A stretch of 64,000 nucleotides of DNA. Source: an uncultured Candidatus Saccharibacteria bacterium. GTDB lineage: Bacteria; Patescibacteriota; Minisyncoccia; Phycocordibacterales; DATDWN01. Shown piece after piece: positions 30,736 to 41,046 of this stretch (within the stretch, counting starts at the first letter, position 1; every line of letters begins with the position of its first letter). The stretch spans positions 5,705 to 69,704 of the forward strand of contig CAZKCA010000005.1 in the NCBI GenBank assembly GCA_964551495.1, read 5' to 3'. The notes under the pieces were generated by a model. The model had not been told where the DNA came from. It was given only the letters and a program-made list of their open reading frames with translations, and made no database searches. Position numbers and translations under genes: made by a program.

Positions 30736-31095
30736 ATGAAAGATTGCATATTTTGTAAAATAGTAGCAGGTGAAATCCCTTCTTATAAAGTTTACGAGGA
30801 TGAAAATTTTTTAGCTTTTTTAGATATTCATCCGCAGTCCCCTGGACATATCCAAGTAATACCAAAGAAACACTATAGATGGGTTTGGGATGTAGAAAAT
30901 GTTGGAGAGTATTTTGAGGTTGCAAGAAAAATAGCTAAGGCTCAAATGAAAGCTTTCGATACAGATTGGATACTTTCAAAAATTGTTGGGGATGAAGTAG
31001 AGCATGCTCACATCTGGGTATTCCCTAACTCAAAAGTTTCTGGTGACAAAATGGATTTTGAAAATAATAAAAATAAAATTATTGAAAATTTTTAA
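30736..31095 (+). CDS. HIT family hydrolase
   Basis: CIFCKI N-terminus and HAHIWVF histidine triad. Confidence 0.8.
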   Translation: MKDCIFCKIVAGEIPSYKVYEDENFLAFLDIHPQSPGHIQVIPKKHYRWVWDVENVGEYFEVARKIAKAQMKAFDTDWILSKIVGDEVEHAHIWVFPNSKVSGDKMDFENNKNKIIENF

Positions 31096-31105
31096 ACAAA
31101 ATTTA

Positions 31106-31233
31106 GTTTTGAATCATTCGCAGATTTTTAGCTAAAACAAAAGCGAGGAGCGCCAGCCGGAGACACTGTTTGAGCGTAGCGAGTTTGGCAAGAGGCCAGT
31201 GACGAGCGCTTTGTTTTATAAAAATCGAGGACG
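31106..31233 (-). repeat. GC-rich intergenic repeat family A, copy 1 (inverted relative to copy 2)
   Basis: RC aligns at roughly 90% with 43858..43982 over the core agcgc(c/t)agccggagacactgt.tgagcg.agcgagtttggc.agaggccag; ends ...ctgcgaatg.tt..aaa. Confidence 0.7.
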
Positions 31234-31259
31234 ATGAAAAAACTAAATTTTGTTGTAAT

Positions 31260-32384
31260 CTATCTCTCCAAAGCCTCTATGCCTGGTAAAGTTTCGTTAA
31301 CCAAAAAGTCCAGCATTGCCCCACCACCAGTTGAAACAAAAGTAAATTTATCAGAAAGTCCTAATTTATTTATTGAAGCTATAGTATCTCCCCCACCAAC
31401 AATAGTATCAGCAGAAATTTGTGACATAACCTCTGCTAGTTGTTCTGTCTTGTCACCAAAACCAATTTCATAATTTCCTAATGGTCCATTCCAAACCACC
31501 GTTTGTGCATCTTTTAAAATTTCTTTCAATTGTTTTATTGTTTCTGGTCCAGCGTCTACAATCACCTCATCTTTTTCTACTTCTTCTGGTTTTTTGAAAG
31601 ACACATCTCCATTCATTTTTACAGATGTTACATCTACCGGTAAAACAAGTTTTGGATTTTGTAATTTTTCTTTAATTTTAAAGTCTCCTTCTGACACTAA
31701 TGATTTACCAACTTCAAAGCCTTTTTCTTTGTAAACATTGTGTGCCAAAGCTCCACAAACAAAAACTGTATCTGCCCTATCTAAATATTTTTCTATTAAA
31801 GGAAGTTTTGTATCAAACTTTGCTCCGCCCAAAATAAAAACAAAAGGTTTTTTGGGACTGAAAGCTTTTGAAATATTTTCTATCTCCGCTCTCAAAAGAG
31901 GTCCGCCAAAATGAGGAAGAAATTCTGGAACTGAAACAATTGAAGCATGTTTCCTGTGACTCACAGCAAAAGCGTCGTTTACATAAATATCTGCCATTTG
32001 AGAAAGTTTTTTAGCAAACTCAATATCATTACCTTTCTCACCTTCGTTTATCCTTAAGTTTTCAAAAAGCAAAACAGAACCATTTTCCATTTTTGTAATT
32101 TTAGTAATAGATTCTGTTGTAAAAAAAGTCGGAGAAAAATCTAGCGGGAAAAAACCATTTAGATATTGCCACATGGGCACCAAAGTTTTTGAATCCTCTC
32201 CTTCACAATGAGAAATTATGATGGTTTTAGCTTTTTTCTCTCTTAGAAAATCTACAGTATCTATAACTTTATCTAGTCTATAAGTATCTGTGACCTCTCC
32301 GTTTATTACAGGAACATTTAAATCGAGTCTTAATAAAACTATTTTTCCATCCAAATCTTTTTCCTCATCTATATATTTGATCAT
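31260..32384 (-). CDS. pgk: Phosphoglycerate kinase
   Basis: 374 aa with PGK-like N-terminus (RLDLNVP) and GGGA/GGGD motifs. Confidence 0.9.
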   Translation of the reverse strand: MIKYIDEEKDLDGKIVLLRLDLNVPVINGEVTDTYRLDKVIDTVDFLREKKAKTIIISHCEGEDSKTLVPMWQYLNGFFPLDFSPTFFTTESITKITKMENGSVLLFENLRINEGEKGNDIEFAKKLSQMADIYVNDAFAVSHRKHASIVSVPEFLPHFGGPLLRAEIENISKAFSPKKPFVFILGGAKFDTKLPLIEKYLDRADTVFVCGALAHNVYKEKGFEVGKSLVSEGDFKIKEKLQNPKLVLPVDVTSVKMNGDVSFKKPEEVEKDEVIVDAGPETIKQLKEILKDAQTVVWNGPLGNYEIGFGDKTEQLAEVMSQISADTIVGGGDTIASINKLGLSDKFTFVSTGGGAMLDFLVNETLPGIEALER

Positions 32385-32386
32385 AT

Positions 32387-33148
32387 TTATATTTTATCTA
32401 TATCTTTAATCAGTTCTACGAAATTTTTAGCATTTAAACTTTCTCTACCTATCAAAAGTCCATGAACAAAACCATCTACCATAATTGATTTTGCATTTTC
32501 TAAGAAAACAGAACCTCCATATAAAATCTTTATATCGTCCCCTAGTATGCCATATATTTCCCTTAATATTTTTCTCACAAAAATAGACATTTCATGAATT
32601 TCGGAAGTATTCATTGGTTCTTTGACTCCAATAGCCCATATAGGTTCATAAGCAATAACTATATTTTCTATGTCTTTCTTTGAAACATCTTTTAGCGCCA
32701 AAAGAATTTGTTTTTTTATAAAAGAAAGATACTCACCAGAATGATCTCTTTTTTCCTCACCAATACAAATAATAACTTTTAGACCGGAATTTAAAGCATT
32801 TATAACTTTTTTGTTTACTATTTCATCTGTATCCCCTAGTTTTCTTTTCTCTGAGTGTCCAACAATAGAATAAACAACACCAAATTGTTTAGCTTGATTT
32901 GGAGAAATTTGGCCGGTAAATGATCCTGAGTTTTCCTGGAAAATGTCTTGTGTACCTAAACTAGTTTTTTTACCAGAGAAACTTTTCAGAGAATCTAAAT
33001 ATACAAAAGGAGGACAAATAACAACTTCTGTCTTCTTAATATTTAATAAACCTCTTTTTATAGCACCAGCTGTCTTTTTTGCCTCAGAAACTGCTTCTGG
33101 GTTCATTTTCCAGTTACCAACTATCAAATTTTTAGTTTTTTTCTTCAT
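32387..33148 (-). CDS. tpiA: Triosephosphate isomerase
   Basis: GNWKMN...VGHSE...YEPIWAIG motifs. Confidence 0.9.
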   Translation of the reverse strand: MKKKTKNLIVGNWKMNPEAVSEAKKTAGAIKRGLLNIKKTEVVICPPFVYLDSLKSFSGKKTSLGTQDIFQENSGSFTGQISPNQAKQFGVVYSIVGHSEKRKLGDTDEIVNKKVINALNSGLKVIICIGEEKRDHSGEYLSFIKKQILLALKDVSKKDIENIVIAYEPIWAIGVKEPMNTSEIHEMSIFVRKILREIYGILGDDIKILYGGSVFLENAKSIMVDGFVHGLLIGRESLNAKNFVELIKDIDKI

Positions 33149-33189
33149 ACCCGTCAATTATACCAAAGTATAAAAGAAAAAGCAGAGCC

Positions 33190-33528
33190 TCAGCTCTGCT
33201 TTGCAATATGTATTATTAAACTCATCAAACCGTAACCAAGCGCAATACAAGAACAATACATTATCAGTTTAAATCCTCTTATAATATGCTCAATGCTTTC
33301 ATCTGAAAAAAACAATATGGCCTGCATCTGTGCAATAAAACAAAGGCTCATTATTATAGGATACAACATAGAGGCTACCCATTCGGATAAAAACATCTTT
33401 GCACCAGCAACAAATCCAAAAGACACCAAAAACACTAAAATGATTAGTGTCCGCATAAAAGATCCTCCTACAAACAGGATAGTTAAAATCCCAAGTATGT
33501 CAATCCAAATGAAAACAAAAACCTTCAA
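33190..33528 (-). CDS. Hypothetical small membrane protein (3-4 TM)
   Basis: Hydrophobic 112-aa ORF upstream of tpiA. Confidence 0.4.
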   Translation of the reverse strand: MKVFVFIWIDILGILTILFVGGSFMRTLIILVFLVSFGFVAGAKMFLSEWVASMLYPIIMSLCFIAQMQAILFFSDESIEHIIRGFKLIMYCSCIALGYGLMSLIIHIAKQS

Positions 33529-33642
33529 ATTTAGATGAAATTCGCGAAGGACGAGGAAAATAATTTGAGCTGTATAAAAATACTGTGAAAATTATTTTCT
33601 GAAGTCCGACAAAGAAGTTCGCCAAATTTGAAGGTTTTTCTA

Positions 33643-35103
33643 CTAGCGGACTTCTTCCCAGGAAAGTATCTCATACTGATCCGAAGTCAAAGGAAAACTT
33701 GGAGGTGGACCATACAAAAGATTTGCATCATATATAATCTCTCTTACGTCATAACCTGTTCCATCTGTATAAGCAAAACCATACCTTTCGTTACTTGCGA
33801 TCATACCAAAAAGAGTTAGGTTATCTCTAACATAACCTGTTCCGCAAGCAGAACCATAATAATGACGCCCTACTCTACCATTTTGAGAAACAAGGGCAGC
33901 ATCAATTCTTAAATCATTCTCACTTCTAAGACCGACATTTACATTTCCTTGAGCTATTAAAGACAAAACATCTCTACCATCATAATAAGTATAAAGCAAA
34001 TCATTGTTAACAATAATGGCTGGTCTATTATTTACACTATCAGGAAATCTTCCTGCGGCTATTGTTAACCTAGCAGTTTGTATTTGACCATCCACCCAAA
34101 CATCATCTTCAACAAAAATTATTCCGTTTGTCGGAAAAGCATAATTAGCAATAAAAGTCTGGCCATTACTTCTTATACTCCAAACTCCCCAATCATCCTG
34201 AGAACTAGTACAAGATCCTGATACATTTTCCAGTCTGGTTACTCTATATAAATCAAAAGTATCATTGGTTTTCAACACAATTCTATAACCCAAAGAACCA
34301 GAACTGGAAATATACCTACCGTTTGATTGAGCGCTACTTTTCATCTGAGATAAATCTGTAGTTAACCCAACAAAATCTACAGCTGGAACTGGAAATACTC
34401 TTCCCGCAACAAATACATCCGGTCTGTTTGGAACAGAATTAGGAGGTGCTTCGGCAGATCTAAAGTTATTATTAACACCACTACCTGGAGGAGGATTGAC
34501 GTGAGTATGAACAGCAAATTCTACTCCACCAGTATGATCAGGGTCATCCGCTGTTTCCCTACTACTTGTAACTAAATTATAAGCAATGCCGTCAAAACGA
34601 ATACCTCCATTGGAATGAATTTGCCCATAAACTTCTGTTCCTTCTCCAAATCTCATATAATCATTCGCAACCACAGCGTATTTAGCAAGTGAAGGGATGG
34701 CCATTTCAACCTCTATAGATCTATAGATGGTTGGGTCTAAATCCAATCTTCCTGTAGATTTTATAACAACATTTGTAAAACCTTCTGCTGGTGGAGTAAT
34801 TTCTAACTCGTATTGACCTATCTTTAAACCATTTTTATCAAAAAAATCATGTATATAAGGCCCAGGTAATCCAGTACCGTCTGTATAATCACTTGGAGCG
34901 TGAGCCAAATGCCACCTATAATAATCAATACCTGCTTCTGCAATCTGCAGAGCCTGTTCTCTTTGAGAGGCAAGCCTAGATGCTTTTATACTAACAGATG
35001 CCCAACTAATAAGAGCACCTATCATGATTATTGAAATTGTGCCAAATATAAAAGCTTGAATTAAAAAACTACCTTTATTTTTTAGTTTATAATTTTTTAT
35101 CAT
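33643..35103 (-). CDS. PilX-like minor pilin / pilus tip-associated protein
   Basis: N-terminus KGSFLIQAFIFGTISIIMIGAL resembles PilX_N; large Gly/Asn-rich body. Confidence 0.5.
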   Translation of the reverse strand: MIKNYKLKNKGSFLIQAFIFGTISIIMIGALISWASVSIKASRLASQREQALQIAEAGIDYYRWHLAHAPSDYTDGTGLPGPYIHDFFDKNGLKIGQYELEITPPAEGFTNVVIKSTGRLDLDPTIYRSIEVEMAIPSLAKYAVVANDYMRFGEGTEVYGQIHSNGGIRFDGIAYNLVTSSRETADDPDHTGGVEFAVHTHVNPPPGSGVNNNFRSAEAPPNSVPNRPDVFVAGRVFPVPAVDFVGLTTDLSQMKSSAQSNGRYISSSGSLGYRIVLKTNDTFDLYRVTRLENVSGSCTSSQDDWGVWSIRSNGQTFIANYAFPTNGIIFVEDDVWVDGQIQTARLTIAAGRFPDSVNNRPAIIVNNDLLYTYYDGRDVLSLIAQGNVNVGLRSENDLRIDAALVSQNGRVGRHYYGSACGTGYVRDNLTLFGMIASNERYGFAYTDGTGYDVREIIYDANLLYGPPPSFPLTSDQYEILSWEEVR

Positions 35104-35720
35104 TACAAATTATCTTTTAAATTTCTTAAATTAACCTGAGAAGTACCGATTATTTCTGCTGGGGGTAAATTAGGGTCTCTATCTATTATAACAGTAATCT
35201 TTACAAGTCTTATATCAGGAATATTGACAGGAAAATTTAAAGGGGGTGAATTTCCTATATAATTTTCATTAAAATATTGAAATATTGGTTGAGTAGAACT
35301 AGCCTTAACATCCGAAATCAAAGTTGTAATAACCTCTCCCCCCAAATTATATACCAAAGGATTACCGCTTGGAGAAACTACTCCTTTTTTTAATTTTGTA
35401 TTATCTAAAAAATACCTCACTCTTTCTTTTAAACCGTCATTAGTAATATCACTAAAAAAAACTATCTCTGAAGTAGATGCCACAGATATAGGATAACCTC
35501 CAACACTAGAGACACTTGATTTTCTAAGTTCAGAAACCATAACCTTAGTGATTCTTCTAACCTCTAACTGAGCTGCCAAGTTATTATCTGTAGTTCTGTT
35601 TAAAATAAAAATATCTCTCTGAAAAGAAGTGACCGTAATAGTTAAAATACTTAGTATAAAAATACTTATAAGTAATTCTCCCAATGTAAATCCTTTTTGT
35701 TTTTTTATTTTGCTTTCCAT
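35103..35720 (-). CDS. Type IV pilin-like protein (prepilin N-terminal methylation motif)
   Basis: KGFTLGELLISIFIL prepilin signature. Confidence 0.7.
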   Translation of the reverse strand: MESKIKKQKGFTLGELLISIFILSILTITVTSFQRDIFILNRTTDNNLAAQLEVRRITKVMVSELRKSSVSSVGGYPISVASTSEIVFFSDITNDGLKERVRYFLDNTKLKKGVVSPSGNPLVYNLGGEVITTLISDVKASSTQPIFQYFNENYIGNSPPLNFPVNIPDIRLVKITVIIDRDPNLPPAEIIGTSQVNLRNLKDNL

Positions 35721-35721
35721 C

Positions 35722-37524
35722 TTAATTAGGTATTAAAGTAACAGTATAACTTTGCCATTCATCATTTAAATTCAAATTTATATCTTGAGTAACATAACCA
35801 GGTTTAGAAACAGACATAGTATAAGAACCAGAAGCCAACCCAGAAAAACTCACTTGACCAGGAGGTGTACAAGAAGAGGTAAAAGTAAAAGATAAGTCGG
35901 AAATATTTGGACTAGTTGTTGTAGAAGAGCTATAAAGTAATACTTTATATCTTAAGTATCTATTACCAGAATGAGATGTGTGCAGATTTTTATTAGTTGC
36001 ATCGTAATAAGTTGCCGAGGTTCCATCTGGTCCTATAAAATCCCATGTACCACCGTCATTATTTGTTGCAATTTGAACTCTAACAGGTTCTGGATCAGAT
36101 GGATTGTTTATAGGTTGACCTGTTGGATTCCAATACAAATCACCAAAATTACCTGCTCCACCTACATCAAAAGATGATGATGTTAATTGACCAGAAGTTA
36201 TATACTCACCAAAAATCTGTTTTAGTTTCAAATCTCCTGACGGGTTACTTACTTCAATATTTCCATCAGAAACCAAATATCGACTTAAGTCAGTAGAAGT
36301 AGCTTGACCAGAACCTCCAGACCAATCTGTTTGATTTAAAAAACCTTGACCTGTTATTTTTGTTTGATCAAATACGCCGTTGGTTATATTAACTGAAGTT
36401 TCAGAAAGAGGAAGTCCTGTAACACCATCTTTAACAATAACCAGAAGGGTGTTTGGATTTTTTGGTGCCAATATCATCCTTAGGTCAAATAAAGAATTTG
36501 GTTCTATTAAAACAGAAGAGATGGGGTTATAACCAACCAAATCATAGTTCGTATCTATATTTTCTATAGAATATGTATCCCACTCCAAATTATTAAAAGA
36601 TGATAAGCCAGATCCATTTGTTATAGCTGTTCCATTAAATTTTAAAATGTCTGGAGAAGTTCCAACCAACTTTGAACCTTTTACACTAAAATCAACAGAG
36701 GATATAGGACTGCAGGTATCTGTTGTTGAATAAATATTTAAAGTACTTAGTCTGTCTATGATAAAACTTATCTGAGTTACCTGACCGACGACCACAGTTG
36801 CATGTGGCTTAGTTGGATTTGGATTGGAAACATCTGATGAATAAGTTCTGTCTTCTGAATAACCAGATTTAGTTACTATTATTTCATAAGCATTTACTCC
36901 AGGAGGAACATCTACAAGCTGTAACATACCTTGATTATTAGTAACATCAGTTATAGATATTGGTGGCACTAATGAATTATTTTCAACCACCACTTCAGCT
37001 CCAGAAACAGGGTTGCCATAGGCATCAAAAACTCTTATAAACAAAGCTCCATTATTAGAAGATGTCTCTAGATTTTTTGGAGCAACTCGTCCTGTAACAA
37101 TTACTGGTTTAAAATTTTTACATAAGGCACAATTTATTTCTATCTCTACAAGCTTGTAGTCTGCTGGAGACAAATCATTTGGACTTCCTCCTAAAACCCC
37201 ATCAAAAGGATCATCAATATTTCTAACAGTAGTAAGAACAGAAAACTGATACCCGTCTCGTACTAGGGTCTGATTTTGTGTCAAAACTCCAGACGGGATA
37301 CTTCCTGAAATACCAACATCCGAATAAGGAAGATTCCTTATTATTTCAAATTGTTCATTGACCAAGTCCGTGCCTATTATTTTTGTTTTACTTGTTTCAA
37401 CTACTTCCATTATAGAAATGTAACTATTGTAGACAGAAACAATGATCAACAAAAAAACCGCTATACCAACAATTAGTTCTACCAGAGTAAACCCTTTTTG
37501 TTTTTTTATTTTGTTTTTCATCAA
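35722..37524 (-). CDS. Large (600 aa) type IV pilin-like protein
   Basis: KGFTLVELIVGIAVFLLI prepilin signature followed by a long Ser/Thr/Asn-rich beta-rich body. Confidence 0.65.
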   Translation of the reverse strand: MMKNKIKKQKGFTLVELIVGIAVFLLIIVSVYNSYISIMEVVETSKTKIIGTDLVNEQFEIIRNLPYSDVGISGSIPSGVLTQNQTLVRDGYQFSVLTTVRNIDDPFDGVLGGSPNDLSPADYKLVEIEINCALCKNFKPVIVTGRVAPKNLETSSNNGALFIRVFDAYGNPVSGAEVVVENNSLVPPISITDVTNNQGMLQLVDVPPGVNAYEIIVTKSGYSEDRTYSSDVSNPNPTKPHATVVVGQVTQISFIIDRLSTLNIYSTTDTCSPISSVDFSVKGSKLVGTSPDILKFNGTAITNGSGLSSFNNLEWDTYSIENIDTNYDLVGYNPISSVLIEPNSLFDLRMILAPKNPNTLLVIVKDGVTGLPLSETSVNITNGVFDQTKITGQGFLNQTDWSGGSGQATSTDLSRYLVSDGNIEVSNPSGDLKLKQIFGEYITSGQLTSSSFDVGGAGNFGDLYWNPTGQPINNPSDPEPVRVQIATNNDGGTWDFIGPDGTSATYYDATNKNLHTSHSGNRYLRYKVLLYSSSTTTSPNISDLSFTFTSSCTPPGQVSFSGLASGSYTMSVSKPGYVTQDINLNLNDEWQSYTVTLIPN

Positions 37525-37538
37525 TTAAACAAAATTAA

Positions 37539-38753
37539 TTACAAAGCATCTGCCAAAGAATATGTAGGTGCCAACATAGAAATAGCAAAAACGCCCACAG
37601 CTGCACCTATAACTATCATAAGTAATGGTTCTATAATAGAAGAAAGATCTTTTGTTTTTTGATCAACTTCTTCTTCATAAAACTCTGCTACACCTAAAAG
37701 CATGTCCCCTATTTTTCCTGTTTCTTCTCCTACAGAAACCATTTCTCCCACAAAAAGAGGATAAAGATTATCGTGAGCTAAAAATATTTCTGAAATCTGT
37801 TCCCCTTTTTGAATTGCCTTCTCTATTTCATCTAAAATTTCTTTATAGAAAGAATTTTGTATAACTTCTTTGGTTACCCCTATGGCAATAACAATATCGA
37901 CACCAGAAGAAAGAAGAGACGAGAGGGTTCTTGCTGTTCTTGCAGCATTTATTTGCTTTACCATTTCTCCTATTACTGGAAATTTGATTGATATTGTATC
38001 CAAAACCCTCTTACCACTCATGGTTCTAAACCACAAAACAAGACTTACAATTAGCGCAACTGTTCCAAAAATAACAAACAAGAAGTAGCCCTTCAAAAAA
38101 TTACTAATCATTATGATAATCCTAGTAGATAATGGCAAATCTATTCCTAATCCAGTAAATGTTTCCGTAAGAGTTGGAACCATATAAACCATCATCAAAA
38201 CCCCGATAACAGCCATGAGAGAAAATATAACCGCTGGATACATCATGGCTCCCCTTATCTTCTTTGTTAGAAGATAAGATTTTTCCATTTGGTTACTTAT
38301 ATTTTTTAAAGCCAAAGAAATATTTCCAGACTCTTCCCCGGCTTTTATCATTGAAACAAACAAACTAGAAAAAACTTTTGGATGCTCTGCCATAGAATCA
38401 CTAAGAGTGTTTCCTTTGCTTAATGAATCTTGTAAAGCAGTTAAAGTCTTTTTTAGTACTCCCTTTTTTGCCTGTCTTTCCATTATCGAAAGACCTCTTG
38501 TAATGGGAAGTCCAGCATCAACCATTTGTCCAAGATTTCTAGCAAAAATTATCTTGTCGTGTGTCTTAACAGCTGAAAGAAAAGGTATATCCATTGAAAA
38601 AGAAATTTTCTTTTTTGTTTCTTCTTTTACAGAAACAACTTTCCATCCTTTATCTTTTATCAAATTAAAAACCTCAAACTTATCTTTAAATTCCCCTGAC
38701 TCTTCTATAGTTTTACCTTCTGCATCTATAACTTTATAGTGAAATAATGACAT
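37539..38753 (-). CDS. pilC: Type IV pilus assembly platform protein PilC / GspF family
   Basis: 404 aa with a duplicated T2SSF-like architecture and 3 TM segments. Confidence 0.8.
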   Translation of the reverse strand: MSLFHYKVIDAEGKTIEESGEFKDKFEVFNLIKDKGWKVVSVKEETKKKISFSMDIPFLSAVKTHDKIIFARNLGQMVDAGLPITRGLSIMERQAKKGVLKKTLTALQDSLSKGNTLSDSMAEHPKVFSSLFVSMIKAGEESGNISLALKNISNQMEKSYLLTKKIRGAMMYPAVIFSLMAVIGVLMMVYMVPTLTETFTGLGIDLPLSTRIIIMISNFLKGYFLFVIFGTVALIVSLVLWFRTMSGKRVLDTISIKFPVIGEMVKQINAARTARTLSSLLSSGVDIVIAIGVTKEVIQNSFYKEILDEIEKAIQKGEQISEIFLAHDNLYPLFVGEMVSVGEETGKIGDMLLGVAEFYEEEVDQKTKDLSSIIEPLLMIVIGAAVGVFAISMLAPTYSLADAL

Positions 38754-38756
38754 AAA

Positions 38757-40529
38757 TTATTCTGAGATAACTCTTAATACTTCTTCTATTGTTGTAACTC
38801 CTTGTACAGCCTTAAATATTCCATCTTCTATCATAGTAAGCATTCCCTCCTCTTCTGCCTGTTTTTGAATTTCATCAGAAGTTCCATTCCTGATAATTAT
38901 TTCTTTAATTGCAGGAGAAACTTTTAAAACTTCGTGTATACCGATCCTACTTTGATACCATTCTTCAGCAGGAACACTTTTCTTTGGCCTCCAAAAATTA
39001 ACATCTGTCCATTTGTCTGATTTCCCAATAATTTTCTCTTCTTTCAAAACATTTAAAACTTTATCCAGGTTTATAGATTTACCTAGAGTTTTTATTTCTG
39101 CCTCATTTAATTGATATTTTTCTTTCTGGTCAGAAAGTTTTCTTATAAGTCTTTGAGCTATTATTATATTTATTGTGGAAACAAGTAGAAATGGTTCTAC
39201 TTTCATATCAACAAATCTGGGTATGGCTCCTGCTGCTGAATTGGTGTGAAGAGTAGAAAGTACAACGTGACCGGTAAGAGCAGCGTTAACAGCCAAAGAG
39301 GCTGTTTCATTATCTCTAATCTCACCCACCATTATCACATCTGGGTCTTGCCTAACCAAAGTTCTAAGTCCAGAAGCGAAAGTAAAATTAATCTCTGGTT
39401 TGACTTGAGTTTGATTAATTCTTTTCATTTGGTATTCAATAGGATCTTCAATGGTTGAAATATTTACATCTGGAGTATTCAAAATATCCATTATCGTATA
39501 CAAAGTTGTTGTTTTACCAGATCCTGTTGGTCCAGTAGTTAAAATCATTCCTACTGTAGATTTTATTGCTTTATGTATTTTATCTAAACCTTCACCATGA
39601 AAACCAAGTCCTTCTAAGGTAAAGCCGGAAACTGTTTCTCTGAGTAACCTCATCACAGTCTTTTCTCCATAATATGTAGGCAAAGTAGAAACACGGAAAG
39701 AAACTTTCTCTCCATTCATATCTATCTTGAAACGACCATCCTGAGGAAGTCTTTTTTCGTCCAACTTTAGAGAAGAAAGGACTTTTATTCTAGCAGTTAT
39801 AGAGGAAGAAACATTTTTTGGTAAAACCATGGCATCATGCAATAGCCCATCTATTCTATACCTTACTAAAAGCTCATTTTCTTGAGGTTCTATGTGAATA
39901 TCTGAAGCATCTTGCAAAATGGCGTGTTTGAGCAAAGTATCAACAATCCTAACAACAGGAACATCATCTGCTCTTTTTTTTAAATCTTCTTCCGAAACCT
40001 CTTCTTCGTTGTTTTCATCAGGAATACTTTTCAAAGAAACAGCATCTTTTTGAATCAAATCACCAAATTCTGCTTTCAAAGATTTTTGGTATTGAAGCAG
40101 TACATTTTTCATTGACTCACTATCTGTAAGTCTTGGTAAAATTTTTAACCCAACTTTTTTCTTTACAAAATCAATAGCAGTCAGATCTTCTGTATCAAGC
40201 ATGGCCACCTCTAATGTAGAATCTGATTTTTTAAAAGCAACAATGTTGTGGTTTCTAGCAATCGGTTCTGGAATAAGAGACAAAACTTCAAAAGGGATTT
40301 TTTCTACTTTAAGGTCAACGAAAGGAATGCCAAGTATGTAGGCCTGCATTTTCCTTAGATCATTTTCAGTTAACTTCCCTTGATCAACTAGAATTTTCCC
40401 CAGACTTTCTCCTGTTTCTTTGTGTTCTTTCTCAGCCGAAACAACATCAGCCCTTGAAACTAGACCAGAGTCTAAAATGAAATCTTTAAGTTGTGATTCT
40501 TCGATGTGCATAGGTTCCAAAAATTTCAC
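38757..40529 (-). CDS. pilB: Type IV pilus assembly ATPase PilB / GspE family
   Basis: Walker A GPTGSGKTTTLY plus Asp box and His box regions. Confidence 0.85.
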   Translation of the reverse strand: MKFLEPMHIEESQLKDFILDSGLVSRADVVSAEKEHKETGESLGKILVDQGKLTENDLRKMQAYILGIPFVDLKVEKIPFEVLSLIPEPIARNHNIVAFKKSDSTLEVAMLDTEDLTAIDFVKKKVGLKILPRLTDSESMKNVLLQYQKSLKAEFGDLIQKDAVSLKSIPDENNEEEVSEEDLKKRADDVPVVRIVDTLLKHAILQDASDIHIEPQENELLVRYRIDGLLHDAMVLPKNVSSSITARIKVLSSLKLDEKRLPQDGRFKIDMNGEKVSFRVSTLPTYYGEKTVMRLLRETVSGFTLEGLGFHGEGLDKIHKAIKSTVGMILTTGPTGSGKTTTLYTIMDILNTPDVNISTIEDPIEYQMKRINQTQVKPEINFTFASGLRTLVRQDPDVIMVGEIRDNETASLAVNAALTGHVVLSTLHTNSAAGAIPRFVDMKVEPFLLVSTINIIIAQRLIRKLSDQKEKYQLNEAEIKTLGKSINLDKVLNVLKEEKIIGKSDKWTDVNFWRPKKSVPAEEWYQSRIGIHEVLKVSPAIKEIIIRNGTSDEIQKQAEEEGMLTMIEDGIFKAVQGVTTIEEVLRVISE

Positions 40530-40548
40530 CTGACAAAACCGTCCTCGC

Positions 40549-40687
40549 CTTTTGTAAGATAAATCACAATTTTTTCTGCCTTACCGCAAACTCCCTTCGG
40601 TCGCCCCTCCCTGTTTACAGGGAGGGGTTGAGTGCTCACGGCTAGAAAAAATTGTTGTTATCTTAGACAAAAGTCTGCGAATGGTTT
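40549..40687 (+). repeat. Repeat family A-related copy 3 (shared ends, different core with ccctccctg/cagggaggg hairpin)
   Basis: Shares the 5' end ccgtcctcgccttttgtaagataaat and the 3' end ttatcttagacaaaagtctgcgaatggttttg with copy 2. Confidence 0.5.
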
Positions 40688-41046
40688 TGTCATCTAAAAT
40701 TTTATAAAAAATTTACTTCCTAATTATACCAAAAAAATTTAAATTAAATCTAAAAAATGTGCATAAATCAAAGGAAAAACATCTATTTGACAAAATAGAC
40801 ATAATTTGATAAGATTAATGAGTGATTAATTAAGAAGTTCGCCTAACGGCGGGCTAATTTTTTACCAAAAAATAAGGATTTAAATAAAAATTAAAAGCAA
40901 TTTTGAAAAATAGAAACCTCAAATTTAGCCGAGGTCAAGGCAAAATTTGAAGCACAAGACGAGGTGTATTATAAATACAGTGAGGATTGTGCGAAAATTT
41001 TAACACAGAGATTGGTTAAATTTGAGATTTCGTAACAATTAAATAT

